Of a DNA stretch of 18,701 nucleotides, positions 1-7,829 are shown in pieces. Made by a program: the position numbers and the translations under genes. The notes under the pieces are model-generated. The model saw only the letters and a list, made by a program, of their open reading frames with translations. It did no database searches and was not told the DNA's origin. The DNA is from a virus (lineage: Duplodnaviria > Heunggongvirae > Uroviricota > Caudoviricetes): IMG/VR virus record IMGVR_UViG_3300044846_005772, one strand, 5' to 3'. How positions within the stretch are numbered: position 1 is the first letter of the stretch; every line of letters begins with the position of its first letter.

Positions 1-50
1 TGGAAGACTATGGAATCTTCGTTGATGAGGAGGATTATGAAGAGTTGTAA
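1..50 (+). CDS. 3' end of an upstream gene (partial, acidic C-terminus ...EDYGIFVDEEDYEEL*)
   Basis: Open frame from nt 3 to TAA at 48-50, followed by a terminator-like hairpin at 85-103. Confidence 0.55.
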   Translation, partial: EDYGIFVDEEDYEEL

Positions 51-84
51 TAGTTGGTTATAGTTGTTTATAGTTAAATGGATT

Positions 85-103
85 AAGGGCGCAAGCCCTT
101 TTT
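85..103 (+). terminator. Rho-independent terminator
   Basis: AAGGGC-GCAA-GCCCTT stem with GNRA tetraloop, running into a T tract (TTTTT) downstream of the stop at 50. Confidence 0.75.
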
Positions 104-116
104 CTATGTGAGCTCA

Positions 117-190
117 CCTGTACCCAGTTTGCTAGCATGCTTGCCGGGTAGAGCCAGTACAGGAAACTTATTTTCCCAAACGTTGTACTT
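117..190 (+). repeat. Direct repeat copy A1 (~74 bp) with long hairpin
   Basis: CCTGTAC...GCTTGCCGGGTAGAGCCAGTACAGGAAACTTATTTTCCCAAACGTTGTACTT closely matches 475-548; CCTGTAC (117-123) pairs with GTACAGG (157-163). Confidence 0.8.
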
Positions 191-239
191 TTCCTTTTTA
201 TCGTTTTATATTTACTCTATAATTCTAAACAACATAACT

Positions 240-365
240 ATGAAAAAGACAATCTCTTTCGCCAAGGACAACGCAGAGTTCGTAACCGCTTGCCTAATCA
301 GTGTCACTCTATTTGGAATGGTGGTGGTCAACTCACTAGTACACGGCATCTACTCAGGATTCTAG
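240..365 (+). CDS. Small hypothetical membrane peptide (41 aa, MKKTISFAKDNAEFVTACLISVTLFGMVVVNSLVHGIYSGF)
   Basis: ATG at 240 in an A-rich context after a TATAAT; one hydrophobic segment; followed by a terminator at 431-456. The ORF-track start at 108 runs through the repeat and is unlikely. Confidence 0.55.
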   Translation: MKKTISFAKDNAEFVTACLISVTLFGMVVVNSLVHGIYSGF

Positions 366-430
366 GAGAGCGCCTGGGTCCCGTGCCTGATCCCACATCG
401 GGCGCATAATAGTTAAGATTACTCCAAGGA

Positions 431-456
431 AGGAGGGACCTAGTGTCCCTCTTTTT
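431..456 (+). terminator. Rho-independent terminator
   Basis: GAGGGAC-CTAGT-GTCCCTC stem-loop (433-451) followed by TTTTT. Confidence 0.75.
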
Positions 457-474
457 GGGTTAGGCCAATCCGAT

Positions 475-548
475 CCTGTAACACGCGTGCTTGCCAGCTT
501 GCCGAGTAGAGTCCTTACAGGAAACTTATTTTCGGAAACCGTGTACTT
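475..548 (+). repeat. Direct repeat copy A2 (~74 bp) with long hairpin
   Basis: CCTGTAA...GCTTGCCGAGTAGAGTCCTTACAGGAAACTTATTTTCGGAAACCGTGTACTT; CCTGTAA (475-481) pairs with TTACAGG (515-521), a compensatory change relative to A1. Confidence 0.8.
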
Positions 549-625
549 CACCCATTAGATTGGTTACATTAGCTAGTTGGCCCGATCACCCAGCGTAAGG
601 TAACAAGACTAGGCTAATTAGAAAA

Positions 626-1185
626 GCCCGTACAGGACTAAGGCAACAGTCGTCTCTCCTGCACGGGCTAAAACAGACTTATCCAAAACTATACAGACTA
701 CCCGGCGTCTACAGGACCAGACCCGTCCTGCACGGGCCAGTTTACTAGCCTAGTTTCCTATATTTACACACAGTATTCTACCCCTACATGGCCCCTGGCT
801 GAGAGTTACAGGCCAGAAACTGCCCCTGGACAGGCTGTCTGGCCGGCTACTCTGGCAGGCTAGCCCAGGGGCTGCCCCGGGGTGGAAAAAGTGCCCCTGG
901 GGGCCTTCCTGGGGCGCCTGTCCAGGTAGGCTGGCAGGGCTATACTGGAAGGCTAGGTGAGAAATCAAGTTAAATTTTGTAACTATAGGCCACCTGGCCC
1001 CTGGATTCACTTCTCTCCCCAGGCGAAAAAATTTCCCATGGACACGGGGCCCGCCCTCCTGCTATTCTGTACACGGGTTATCTTTGGTCCTGTCTTGGGT
1101 TGTCTACTTGGGTGTATATCTTGGGTGTTCTCCTTGGTTTGTCTATCTGGGTTATATCTAGATACGTGTACCCGTGTACGCGGGC
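626..1185. other. GC-rich non-coding region with hairpins and short iterated motifs (candidate replication origin or packaging/regulatory locus)
   Basis: Hairpin GCCCGTACAGGA/TCCTGCACGGGC (626-668); TCCTGCACGGGC repeated at 657 and 726; GCCCCTGG at 791, 822, 893, 997 and inverted at 865; CACGGG at 662, 731, 1043, 1072. Only low-complexity Pro/Gly-rich spurious ORFs are present. Confidence 0.5.
1091..1155 (+). repeat. Degenerate 13-bp-period tandem repeat (core CTTGGGT), 5 units
   Basis: CTTGGGT at 1094, 1107, 1120; CTTGGTT at 1133; CTGGGTT at 1147. Confidence 0.7.
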
Positions 1186-1294
1186 TCTTTCACCTACTTA
1201 CCTAATTTTTTTATCTAGGCCTGGCCGGAAAGTGTGCTCCTCTTGAGATCGAAAAAAAATCCCCCAGACTGGGAGGGTAGGTAAATCGGAAGTG

Positions 1295-1302
1295 GATAAA
1301 TA
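1295..1302 (+). promoter_or_regulatory. T4-like late promoter box (GATAAATA)
   Basis: Variant of T4 late consensus TATAAATA, 15 nt upstream of ATG 1318; recurs before many genes. Confidence 0.6.
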
Positions 1303-1317
1303 ACTAAAAAGATTATT

Positions 1318-1608
1318 ATGAAAAATAGAGTAAAGAGATTTGGAGAGTTCTTGAACGAGAATCACGAGGAGCGCATGGGTATTGATAACGAGATGATCGG
1401 CCTTGCAGAATTGGTAGATTGCTATATAGAGCAAAATTATCCGGAGGATTTGGTATTGGTTGCCGTCAAGAGTTCGGATACAGTTGAGGAATTAAGAGCA
1501 GGCGGCATCAGCATAGTTGTTGATCCTAGCGAAGAGATTATTGATGAGATTATGAATGATTCTGGCATCACCTCACAGATCTACGATAGCGGCAAACCGC
1601 AATTCTAA
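1318..1608 (+). CDS. Hypothetical acidic protein with capsid-targeting-like leader (MKNRVKRFGEFLNE)
   Basis: 96-aa ORF; late box upstream; terminator downstream; leader motif shared with 8 other ORFs. Confidence 0.8.
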   Translation: MKNRVKRFGEFLNENHEERMGIDNEMIGLAELVDCYIEQNYPEDLVLVAVKSSDTVEELRAGGISIVVDPSEEIIDEIMNDSGITSQIYDSGKPQF

Positions 1609-1628
1609 TTTTCCAAAGCATTGATATT

Positions 1629-1654
1629 AGGGGACCAAGTAGGTCCCTTTTTTT
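1629..1654 (+). terminator. Rho-independent terminator
   Basis: GGGACC-AAGTA-GGTCCC stem-loop followed by T7. Confidence 0.8.
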
Positions 1655-1655
1655 G

Positions 1656-1663
1656 GATAAATA
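1656..1663 (+). promoter_or_regulatory. T4-like late promoter box (GATAAATA)
   Basis: Immediately after the terminator, 7 nt before ATG 1671. Confidence 0.6.
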
Positions 1664-1670
1664 AAAGAGT

Positions 1671-2330
1671 ATGATACGCAATTACGATAATTGGAGATCC
1701 CTTAATGAAAGTAAGATTAATCCGGACCAACGTGTACTGCTTGACCTTGGATTACTTAACATTTCTGACGAACAGGCCGATTTTCTAGACAGGTTTACGC
1801 AAGGCACCTGGTCGATCGATGAGGAGACCCAGATCGTGGATATTGAAGGCAACTTCATCTGCGAGGACATCGATGAAATATTTGACTTTTTCGGTACCAG
1901 ATTCGGTCGAGTTACTGGCAATTTCAACTGTAGTTTGCACAGATTAACCAGCTTAGAAGGTGCACCTAAAGAGGTCGGTGGAAACTTTGACTGTAGCCAC
2001 AACGAGCTCACTAGCCTGGCAGGAGCTCCTGAGAAGGTCGGTGGATCCTTTGGCTGTTACTCTAACCAGCTAACCAGCCTGGTAGGAGCTCCGGAGAAGG
2101 TCGATGGGTCTTTTGACTGTTACTGGAACCAGCTAACCAGCTTAGAAGGTGCACCTAAAGAAGTCGGTGGAAGCTTCGATTGTAGTTACAACAAGTTAAC
2201 GAGTCTCGAAGGAATGCCTGCCCTGATAGGCGGAGACTTCGACTATAGCAATAATCATATAACAACCGGGAAAGGTCGACCTGGAAGAGTCGTTGGCAGC
2301 ATTAAGTGTAATAATAACCGACCAGAATAA
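1671..2330 (+). CDS. Leucine-rich-repeat-like protein (21-aa repeats LTSLEGAPxxVGGxFxCxxNx) with capsid-targeting-like leader
   Basis: Five clear repeats plus degenerate flanks; 63-bp DNA periodicity (near-identical units at 1944 and 2133, 189 bp apart). Confidence 0.85.
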   Translation: MIRNYDNWRSLNESKINPDQRVLLDLGLLNISDEQADFLDRFTQGTWSIDEETQIVDIEGNFICEDIDEIFDFFGTRFGRVTGNFNCSLHRLTSLEGAPKEVGGNFDCSHNELTSLAGAPEKVGGSFGCYSNQLTSLVGAPEKVDGSFDCYWNQLTSLEGAPKEVGGSFDCSYNKLTSLEGMPALIGGDFDYSNNHITTGKGRPGRVVGSIKCNNNRPE

Positions 2331-2356
2331 AATAAATAAAATAAATTTAGAATCGC

Positions 2357-2983
2357 ATGAAAAATAGAATAAAGGCATTCTCCCAGTTCATCAATGAGAA
2401 TTCACAGGGCATTTCCAAAAAAGAGATACTTGAAGAATTGGCTGGAAAGGCTTACTTTCATTTCGAAAATGATGATATATGGTATGATGAGGACGACCGG
2501 TACATCACAAAAGGCCGTAACGAAATGAAATATAAAGTTCTAGATTCTTTGAAACCGACTGCAGTATTTGATAACTTTGAGGACTGGTCCAACTCCAAAT
2601 GGTTTCATTCAAATATTACAAGCTTTTTGGATCAACGACTTTTTAATCGATATGCCGATGAGTATGGAGCGTTTATCGTAGTTGACCTTAGACGTAAAAA
2701 GAGATCCAGACAAATTGAAGAATCTTCTGAAGAGAATCATAATCTAGACATTACTATCGGCGAATTCATGATGAAGCTCAGATCTGACTATAACAGATGG
2801 GCAGAGACTATTCATCATGAGGACGACCGCCTGAGCCTTTGGGATTTCTATTATGAACTTGAAAGGGAGTACGAACGCGACTATGGAATCAAGATGGACC
2901 GTGATACTGAAAATCTGGAATACACCTCAAGAAATTCCAACTGGACCGATCCATACGACGATGATGAGGAAGATTACTATTAA
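2357..2983 (+). CDS. Hypothetical protein with capsid-targeting-like leader (MKNRIKAFSQFINE)
   Basis: 208-aa ORF; AATAAATA at 2331-2338; acidic C-terminus. Confidence 0.8.
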   Translation: MKNRIKAFSQFINENSQGISKKEILEELAGKAYFHFENDDIWYDEDDRYITKGRNEMKYKVLDSLKPTAVFDNFEDWSNSKWFHSNITSFLDQRLFNRYADEYGAFIVVDLRRKKRSRQIEESSEENHNLDITIGEFMMKLRSDYNRWAETIHHEDDRLSLWDFYYELEREYERDYGIKMDRDTENLEYTSRNSNWTDPYDDDEEDYY

Positions 2984-3022
2984 ATCTACCTCGTTTAATA
3001 AATAACAAAAATAAATTTAATT

Positions 3023-3454
3023 ATGATACTCAACTACGATCAATGGAGAGAAATCAACGAAAACGATAATCTTGAAGCGGCTGGTGTTGCCAAGAAGATT
3101 TATCGGGCATTGAAGGCAGCCGGTAACGAGGTTGATCTTACGTATCAGACCGACGCTCTTTCCAAGAAAGGCGACGCAAAGCACATACGCAATGCGGCAG
3201 CTGATACGATCACAGTCGCATACTATGTTAACTGGGTGCATGTTGTTCCAGTAGATGAAGAAACAGCAGATTCCCTAATCTCCGAATATGAAACAGATAC
3301 TATCACTGGCAAGAAGAGTAAGTATAACGATGAGCTTTACTCAGTAGCATTTAGCATAAAGGATCGCAAGCAACGTAACGATTTTAACCTTAGTGATTAT
3401 TCATTTTCACGTAAGGAAAACAAGAACGATCGTAAGCGTAAGAAGGAAGATTGA
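3023..3454 (+). CDS. Hypothetical protein with capsid-targeting-like leader (MILNYDQWREINE) and basic C-terminal tail
   Basis: 143-aa ORF; AATAAATA at 2997-3004; ends in RKENKNDRKRKKED. Confidence 0.8.
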   Translation: MILNYDQWREINENDNLEAAGVAKKIYRALKAAGNEVDLTYQTDALSKKGDAKHIRNAAADTITVAYYVNWVHVVPVDEETADSLISEYETDTITGKKSKYNDELYSVAFSIKDRKQRNDFNLSDYSFSRKENKNDRKRKKED

Positions 3455-3465
3455 TCTTAAATCGC

Positions 3466-3843
3466 CTAGTCTCTTAACCTACCCCTTACCATTAATTTTG
3501 CAGTAGCGATATTTGTAGCAATTGGGATCTGCATCACGTTACAAATTCTAAGCAGCATCTGAATATCCGGATCGTGTGGATGCGCGCTCAGCGGGTCCAT
3601 GATAAAGATCACCCCGTGCACCCGTCCTTCAACCACCTCGGCCGCTATCTGAGCATCCCCACCAAGAGGGCCGCTGCGTTTACGCTCAACTTTAAGCCCA
3701 GCCTCTTCCAATAGGAGACCAGTCGTGCCTGTTGCCAGGAGATCAACTTCCTTAAAATTCTCGATTTCCCTAATCACAAATGAGATGAGCTCGGCTTTTT
3801 TACCGTCATGTGCTATCACAGCAATCCTAAGTTTCTTTTCCAT
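3466..3843 (-). CDS. mgsA: Methylglyoxal synthase
   Basis: Signature motifs IAHDGKK, ATGTTG, SGPLGGDAQI, DPLSAHPHDPD, CNV..IPIATN.ATA; 125 aa. Confidence 0.95.
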   Translation of the reverse strand: MEKKLRIAVIAHDGKKAELISFVIREIENFKEVDLLATGTTGLLLEEAGLKVERKRSGPLGGDAQIAAEVVEGRVHGVIFIMDPLSAHPHDPDIQMLLRICNVMQIPIATNIATAKLMVRGRLRD

Positions 3844-3881
3844 GATTTTTTATACTCCTATTTAGATATTGGATCAGGTCA

Positions 3882-3889
3882 GATAAATA
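3882..3889 (+). promoter_or_regulatory. T4-like late promoter box (GATAAATA)
   Basis: 23 nt before ATG 3913. Confidence 0.55.
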
Positions 3890-3912
3890 ATACTACAAAT
3901 AAACAGATACTT

Positions 3913-6684
3913 ATGTCATTTATCAATTGGGGAGACGAAACTCCAGAACAAAAGGCACACCGTCGAAAGATGGAAGAGCAAGCGCTTATTGAACACGCAA
4001 TGATGCGTAAAATATTTGAGGCACGTAGCGGAACAGCGTCAGCTGCAGCAGCATCCGCTGGCTCTGGCTCGCCTTTTCCAAGTAAACTAGGAATAAGTAC
4101 ATCTTACATATACGACGATATTAATGGAGATCTCCGAATTGGTTTCGTAGACTATGCTATCAATGGATTCAGCAAGGTGTTCAACACAGGTCTTAACCTC
4201 GTAGATCAGTGGATTTACGATATTAATAATTATAATGGAACTTACATAGTTGATAGTAAGGGATACGCGATCGTCTTTTCAAACAACGTAAATGAGCACA
4301 AGATCTTCTTCTTTACTGCAGGAGGAGCTCACATAGACACCATTGAAGTTACTACTAGCGATCTTTCAATATGGGGCATCAATGGCGACTGGGTTCTATT
4401 GCAAGACTATGATGCTCGTAAAGTATGGTGGTTCGATGGCGAAACTCTTAGATACGATTTCGATACATTTGCAAATACTAGTATTTTTACATACGACTAT
4501 CAGTATAACTTGGATGGATTCTTCATATACTCCTTGAAAAATGGAATGAGTCGTGTCTATATTAACGACGGCCTAGGATTCAGAGTAATCATGGAGCAGG
4601 ATATTACTCTAACTCCAGATATCTCCCATATCCATAGAGCTTATGCAAACTCCAGAATCCTACGTGTCATTACCTACGATTCTGCAGAAGGGGCATATAC
4701 GAAGCTTGAGTATTTCGATTCTGATGCTAATTCTCTGAACGACTATGATCTTTCAGGTGAAAATTATACTGAAACATATGGCGATGTTTATGGAACAGGT
4801 AAGCATATTGATTCCTTCCTAAACTCAACTACGCTTATCATGTATTACTGCGATTCGGTTAGACAGATATATCTAGATCAAAATCACTCTAGAGTTAATT
4901 ATGGAGACTACTTCGTTATTGGCGATTATGTGAGTAAAGGCACATTCACCGACTCAATCTCAGAGAGAGCTGTGATATGTTTCAACAATAATTCCGGAAT
5001 CTATCAAAATGGACTACTTGAAGTAACTTACTGCGATTTCATTCCAATGTACGACGACAATAATGCGTTTTCAACGTATACGCTTGCCGACGACGAAGCT
5101 AAGCTTTTTGGAAGAGATAGCATTTTTGTAGCAGACGCAATTTTTGTACCGGTTTGCACAGATACTGTAGCTGATCCTAAGCAGCTTCAGGTGCTGACCT
5201 TCCCTATTGGTGCCCCTGCAACATACACATCAGATTTGATCGACTTTAATAGTTTTCAAATTATTCAAAACTCTTTTGGCTCAGGTAAGAGATACTTCTT
5301 AATCGTTAGCGACGACGCGTATCCTTCTCCAGGAGAAGTCTTCGTATTCGATTCAGTTGGACTTTCATGGAAGTCATTTATCTTTACTGATGTTACTAAC
5401 GGTAACTTAGTAATTGATACTGCGGGTGATGTCTTAACTTTTAGATGTTCAAACGATCCGTCTGATACTTACTATTACACAGCAACTACTAATATTTTAA
5501 ACCCAGGCGTAGCTCCTAAGTTTGGAAGCGTTTACCAACCAACTAACTGTAAAACAGAAAATGGAGTGGAACCAAGTACGCTTGTACTACAGGGAGCAAC
5601 TAGTTCTAGACTGTACCTTTTCAACGACGCTGGCAATGATGCGATAATCGATGGAGGGGACAACATGTACAATGGAGGAAATCAGCTGTATTCTGGTATT
5701 GCTGGATCAATTCCATACACTCACACGCAATCGACTGGAAATAATGGAGTTGAAGCGACATCTGCCGACTTTGTGAAGGATGGAGCAGTAGTGAATGGCG
5801 ATTCATACTTCGGAGGAGGATCCAGCTACTTTACAAATTGTTATCCTGGTCTCTTCGTTTGCGTAGCTAAAAACATTAATGTGGATTACTTTGGAATTGA
5901 AGGAACAACTGGATCCGATACTTCTGGATATGTCTCAAGTGATCCTATCAACATCACGGTCGGTGGAACAGATTACACAGTATTCTACAAGACTACTTCG
6001 GGTGGAGGTGTTGACTTCTCGTCAGGTCCAATTCCTACGGTTAACCAGATCATAATTATTGATTCTCAAAGCGGAGATGCTATTCAAACAGTTGGCGATG
6101 GAGCACTCAATGATCTTCATGAAATAAGCGAGCTCGTTGCTTCAGGCGCTAATGATATTCACTACCTTTTGCTATCAACCTACAATCAATCTGTTCAGGT
6201 TGGATTAACTGAGAGCGAAATTACTACTATTGCAACTGCATACTTGAACGTGGTTCATGGATACAATATTGCAGATACCTTATCCGAACTTAACGCTAAC
6301 TACTCGGAGATCACAAGTTTAGTAAACTCTCAGGATACTTACTGGTTAGGTCTAGTAAATAACTCAGGATTCACTCAAGTTGACTCTCCATACTTTGAAA
6401 ACGTTAGAGTTGGACCTAACTTAATAGCTGGAGTTTATTTCAATGAGACAAATAACGTTTGCGTAAACCTTTACGATACTAGCTTACAGTTGCTGGCAAC
6501 ACACGTTACTGATGAGACTGAATATACTCACTTGAGAGTTATTGGAGATCGCGCGTACACAAGAACATTGAAGCAAGACGGTACACGAGTTTGGACTATC
6601 CTAAATCCTGAAAAGTTCGCTAAAAAGTCGGTTTTTGCAGTAAATGACTTTTTTGCAGAAAACAACGATTATCCAAACTGGTAA
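3913..6684 (+). CDS. Large beta-rich putative virion/receptor-binding protein (923 aa from MSFINWGDE)
   Basis: Long ORF; start moved from 3808 (which overlaps mgsA) to ATG 3913 behind a late box. Short helical N-terminus, Ala/Ser/Gly linker, then a Tyr/Asn/Asp/Gly-rich body. Function is inferred only. Confidence 0.65.
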   Translation: MSFINWGDETPEQKAHRRKMEEQALIEHAMMRKIFEARSGTASAAAASAGSGSPFPSKLGISTSYIYDDINGDLRIGFVDYAINGFSKVFNTGLNLVDQWIYDINNYNGTYIVDSKGYAIVFSNNVNEHKIFFFTAGGAHIDTIEVTTSDLSIWGINGDWVLLQDYDARKVWWFDGETLRYDFDTFANTSIFTYDYQYNLDGFFIYSLKNGMSRVYINDGLGFRVIMEQDITLTPDISHIHRAYANSRILRVITYDSAEGAYTKLEYFDSDANSLNDYDLSGENYTETYGDVYGTGKHIDSFLNSTTLIMYYCDSVRQIYLDQNHSRVNYGDYFVIGDYVSKGTFTDSISERAVICFNNNSGIYQNGLLEVTYCDFIPMYDDNNAFSTYTLADDEAKLFGRDSIFVADAIFVPVCTDTVADPKQLQVLTFPIGAPATYTSDLIDFNSFQIIQNSFGSGKRYFLIVSDDAYPSPGEVFVFDSVGLSWKSFIFTDVTNGNLVIDTAGDVLTFRCSNDPSDTYYYTATTNILNPGVAPKFGSVYQPTNCKTENGVEPSTLVLQGATSSRLYLFNDAGNDAIIDGGDNMYNGGNQLYSGIAGSIPYTHTQSTGNNGVEATSADFVKDGAVVNGDSYFGGGSSYFTNCYPGLFVCVAKNINVDYFGIEGTTGSDTSGYVSSDPINITVGGTDYTVFYKTTSGGGVDFSSGPIPTVNQIIIIDSQSGDAIQTVGDGALNDLHEISELVASGANDIHYLLLSTYNQSVQVGLTESEITTIATAYLNVVHGYNIADTLSELNANYSEITSLVNSQDTYWLGLVNNSGFTQVDSPYFENVRVGPNLIAGVYFNETNNVCVNLYDTSLQLLATHVTDETEYTHLRVIGDRAYTRTLKQDGTRVWTILNPEKFAKKSVFAVNDFFAENNDYPNW

Positions 6685-6706
6685 ACCATTCAAAAAATTA
6701 AAAGAG

Positions 6707-6979
6707 ATGAAATATTTTATTAATGCAACTATCATCGATCCCACATTGGGAAAGGTAAAACAGAAATTGGAATACGACGTAAATTTTGATGCAAGTCCTA
6801 CTGTTGAATCAGCAAAGACAGAGCTTCTTAAACGTGTAGTAGTACCTAAAGGCTATGAATTATCTAAGGAGACTATCGAGATCAGAGGTAAGAAAAGAGA
6901 TCTTGCTTTTGTGATAGAAGACAAAATGCATGTAATATACACAGCAAATCTTCAAGAAATTCCTAAAGAAAAGAAGTAA
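6707..6979 (+). CDS. Hypothetical protein (90 aa from MKYFINAT)
   Basis: ATG 6707 in an A-rich context after the stop at 6684; ends inside a terminator hairpin. Confidence 0.65.
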   Translation: MKYFINATIIDPTLGKVKQKLEYDVNFDASPTVESAKTELLKRVVVPKGYELSKETIEIRGKKRDLAFVIEDKMHVIYTANLQEIPKEKK

Positions 6980-6999
6980 TCGAAAGATTACTTCTTTTT
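6969..6999. terminator. Bidirectional Rho-independent terminator
   Basis: Perfect 13-bp stem AAAAGAAGTAATC-GAAA-GATTACTTCTTTT between convergent genes. Confidence 0.85.
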
Positions 7000-7038
7000 A
7001 CTATTTTATTTGAGAAATCTTTCATGCGCAGTTAATCG

Positions 7039-7239
7039 CTATTCATCTTCTCCTTTTTTGAAATCAACATCATAAAGACCTAACTCTTCATCATGCCTCA
7101 TCATATCAATAAGGGCTTGCTTCTGTAGTTTTTTCTCACCTTCCTTACTTACTATCCTATGATTGTCATTATCAAAGAGTCCCCACACCATTTGGAATGG
7201 ATGCAATACTGCTATCTTAAATACTTTCTTCCACTTCAT
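7039..7239 (-). CDS. Hypothetical protein (66 aa)
   Basis: ORF in the minus-strand run, ending near the bidirectional terminator. Confidence 0.6.
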   Translation of the reverse strand: MKWKKVFKIAVLHPFQMVWGLFDNDNHRIVSKEGEKKLQKQALIDMMRHDEELGLYDVDFKKGEDE

Positions 7240-7522
7240 ATCTTGTCTCTGGATAAAATTCTACACCATACACTTTAACTTCCTCTATCTCTAGTCCTCC
7301 ATTGAAATCATCTACTTCATATCGATACATCCCTTCAAACTCATCCGGATACTTACTATCGTATGGAGTCCAGTCAAGGCACTTTGCCTTTGGGTCAGTA
7401 CCTATCCCATAATATTCATCCAATCCTGCTTTAAGATCCTTCTCTGTGTGAGCAGTTACTATCGGTTTTCCGTATGGAGATATTGCTACGTATGTTACTC
7501 TTATGTATGTTCTTATAACCAT
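7217..7522 (-). CDS. Hypothetical protein (101 aa)
   Basis: Protein-like composition; short overlap with the downstream ORF. Confidence 0.7.
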   Translation of the reverse strand: MVIRTYIRVTYVAISPYGKPIVTAHTEKDLKAGLDEYYGIGTDPKAKCLDWTPYDSKYPDEFEGMYRYEVDDFNGGLEIEEVKVYGVEFYPETRYEVEESI

Positions 7523-7549
7523 TGTCTACCCGTAAAAATATGCTTAGTT

Positions 7550-7786
7550 TTATCGTATTGCATGAATTGGGTTCGTACAATTTCCCTTGTGTGTCAAATA
7601 ACTTGAGCGAGGATCTCCCGATAATCTACCCAAGTACTGGCAACCATCAATCTCATATTCCTGAATATCTACTCGATATGTGTCAAAGTCTAACGTGTAT
7701 TCAGTTTGTGATGCACTTTTAACTGATTCTTGGTTCTCACAAGAAGTTAACATAACTATACTTGCTACTAAAATAAGTCCTTTCAT
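7550..7786 (-). CDS. Small lipoprotein
   Basis: Signal peptide II MKGLILVASIVMLTS-C (Cys16); C-terminal GCQYL...LTHKGNC with a Cys pair. Confidence 0.75.
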   Translation of the reverse strand: MKGLILVASIVMLTSCENQESVKSASQTEYTLDFDTYRVDIQEYEIDGCQYLGRLSGDPRSSYLTHKGNCTNPIHAIR

Positions 7787-7803
7787 GTAATTAAGGTACT
7801 AAA
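7784..7803 (-). promoter_or_regulatory. Shared upstream motif TTTAGTAYMTTAATWACATG (putative early/middle promoter plus start region), copy 1
   Basis: TTTAGTACCTTAATTACATG; 17/20 identical to the motif at 9821-9840. Confidence 0.45.
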
Positions 7804-7829
7804 AAGTAGTTAATTATTAAAACTTAGAT

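Noticed and set aside
117-548. CRISPR array from the two ~74-bp repeats
   Set aside because: Only two long, imperfect copies about 360 bp apart, separated by an ORF and a terminator; no spacer pattern and no cas genes.
360-1300. tRNA or other known structured RNA gene
   Set aside because: No cloverleaf with T-loop (GTTCRA) and D-loop signatures was seen; the hairpins match no family I recognise. An Rfam search would be decisive.
354-1434. ORF-track ORFs 354..551(-), 750..1010(-), 957..1205(+), 1198..1434(-)
   Set aside because: Low-complexity translations arising from GC-rich repeats or from the antisense of 1318..1608; no motifs or typical start context.
3808-3912. N-terminal extension of the large protein
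   Set aside because: Overlaps the mgsA start on the other strand and contains the late box; ATG 3913 fits better.
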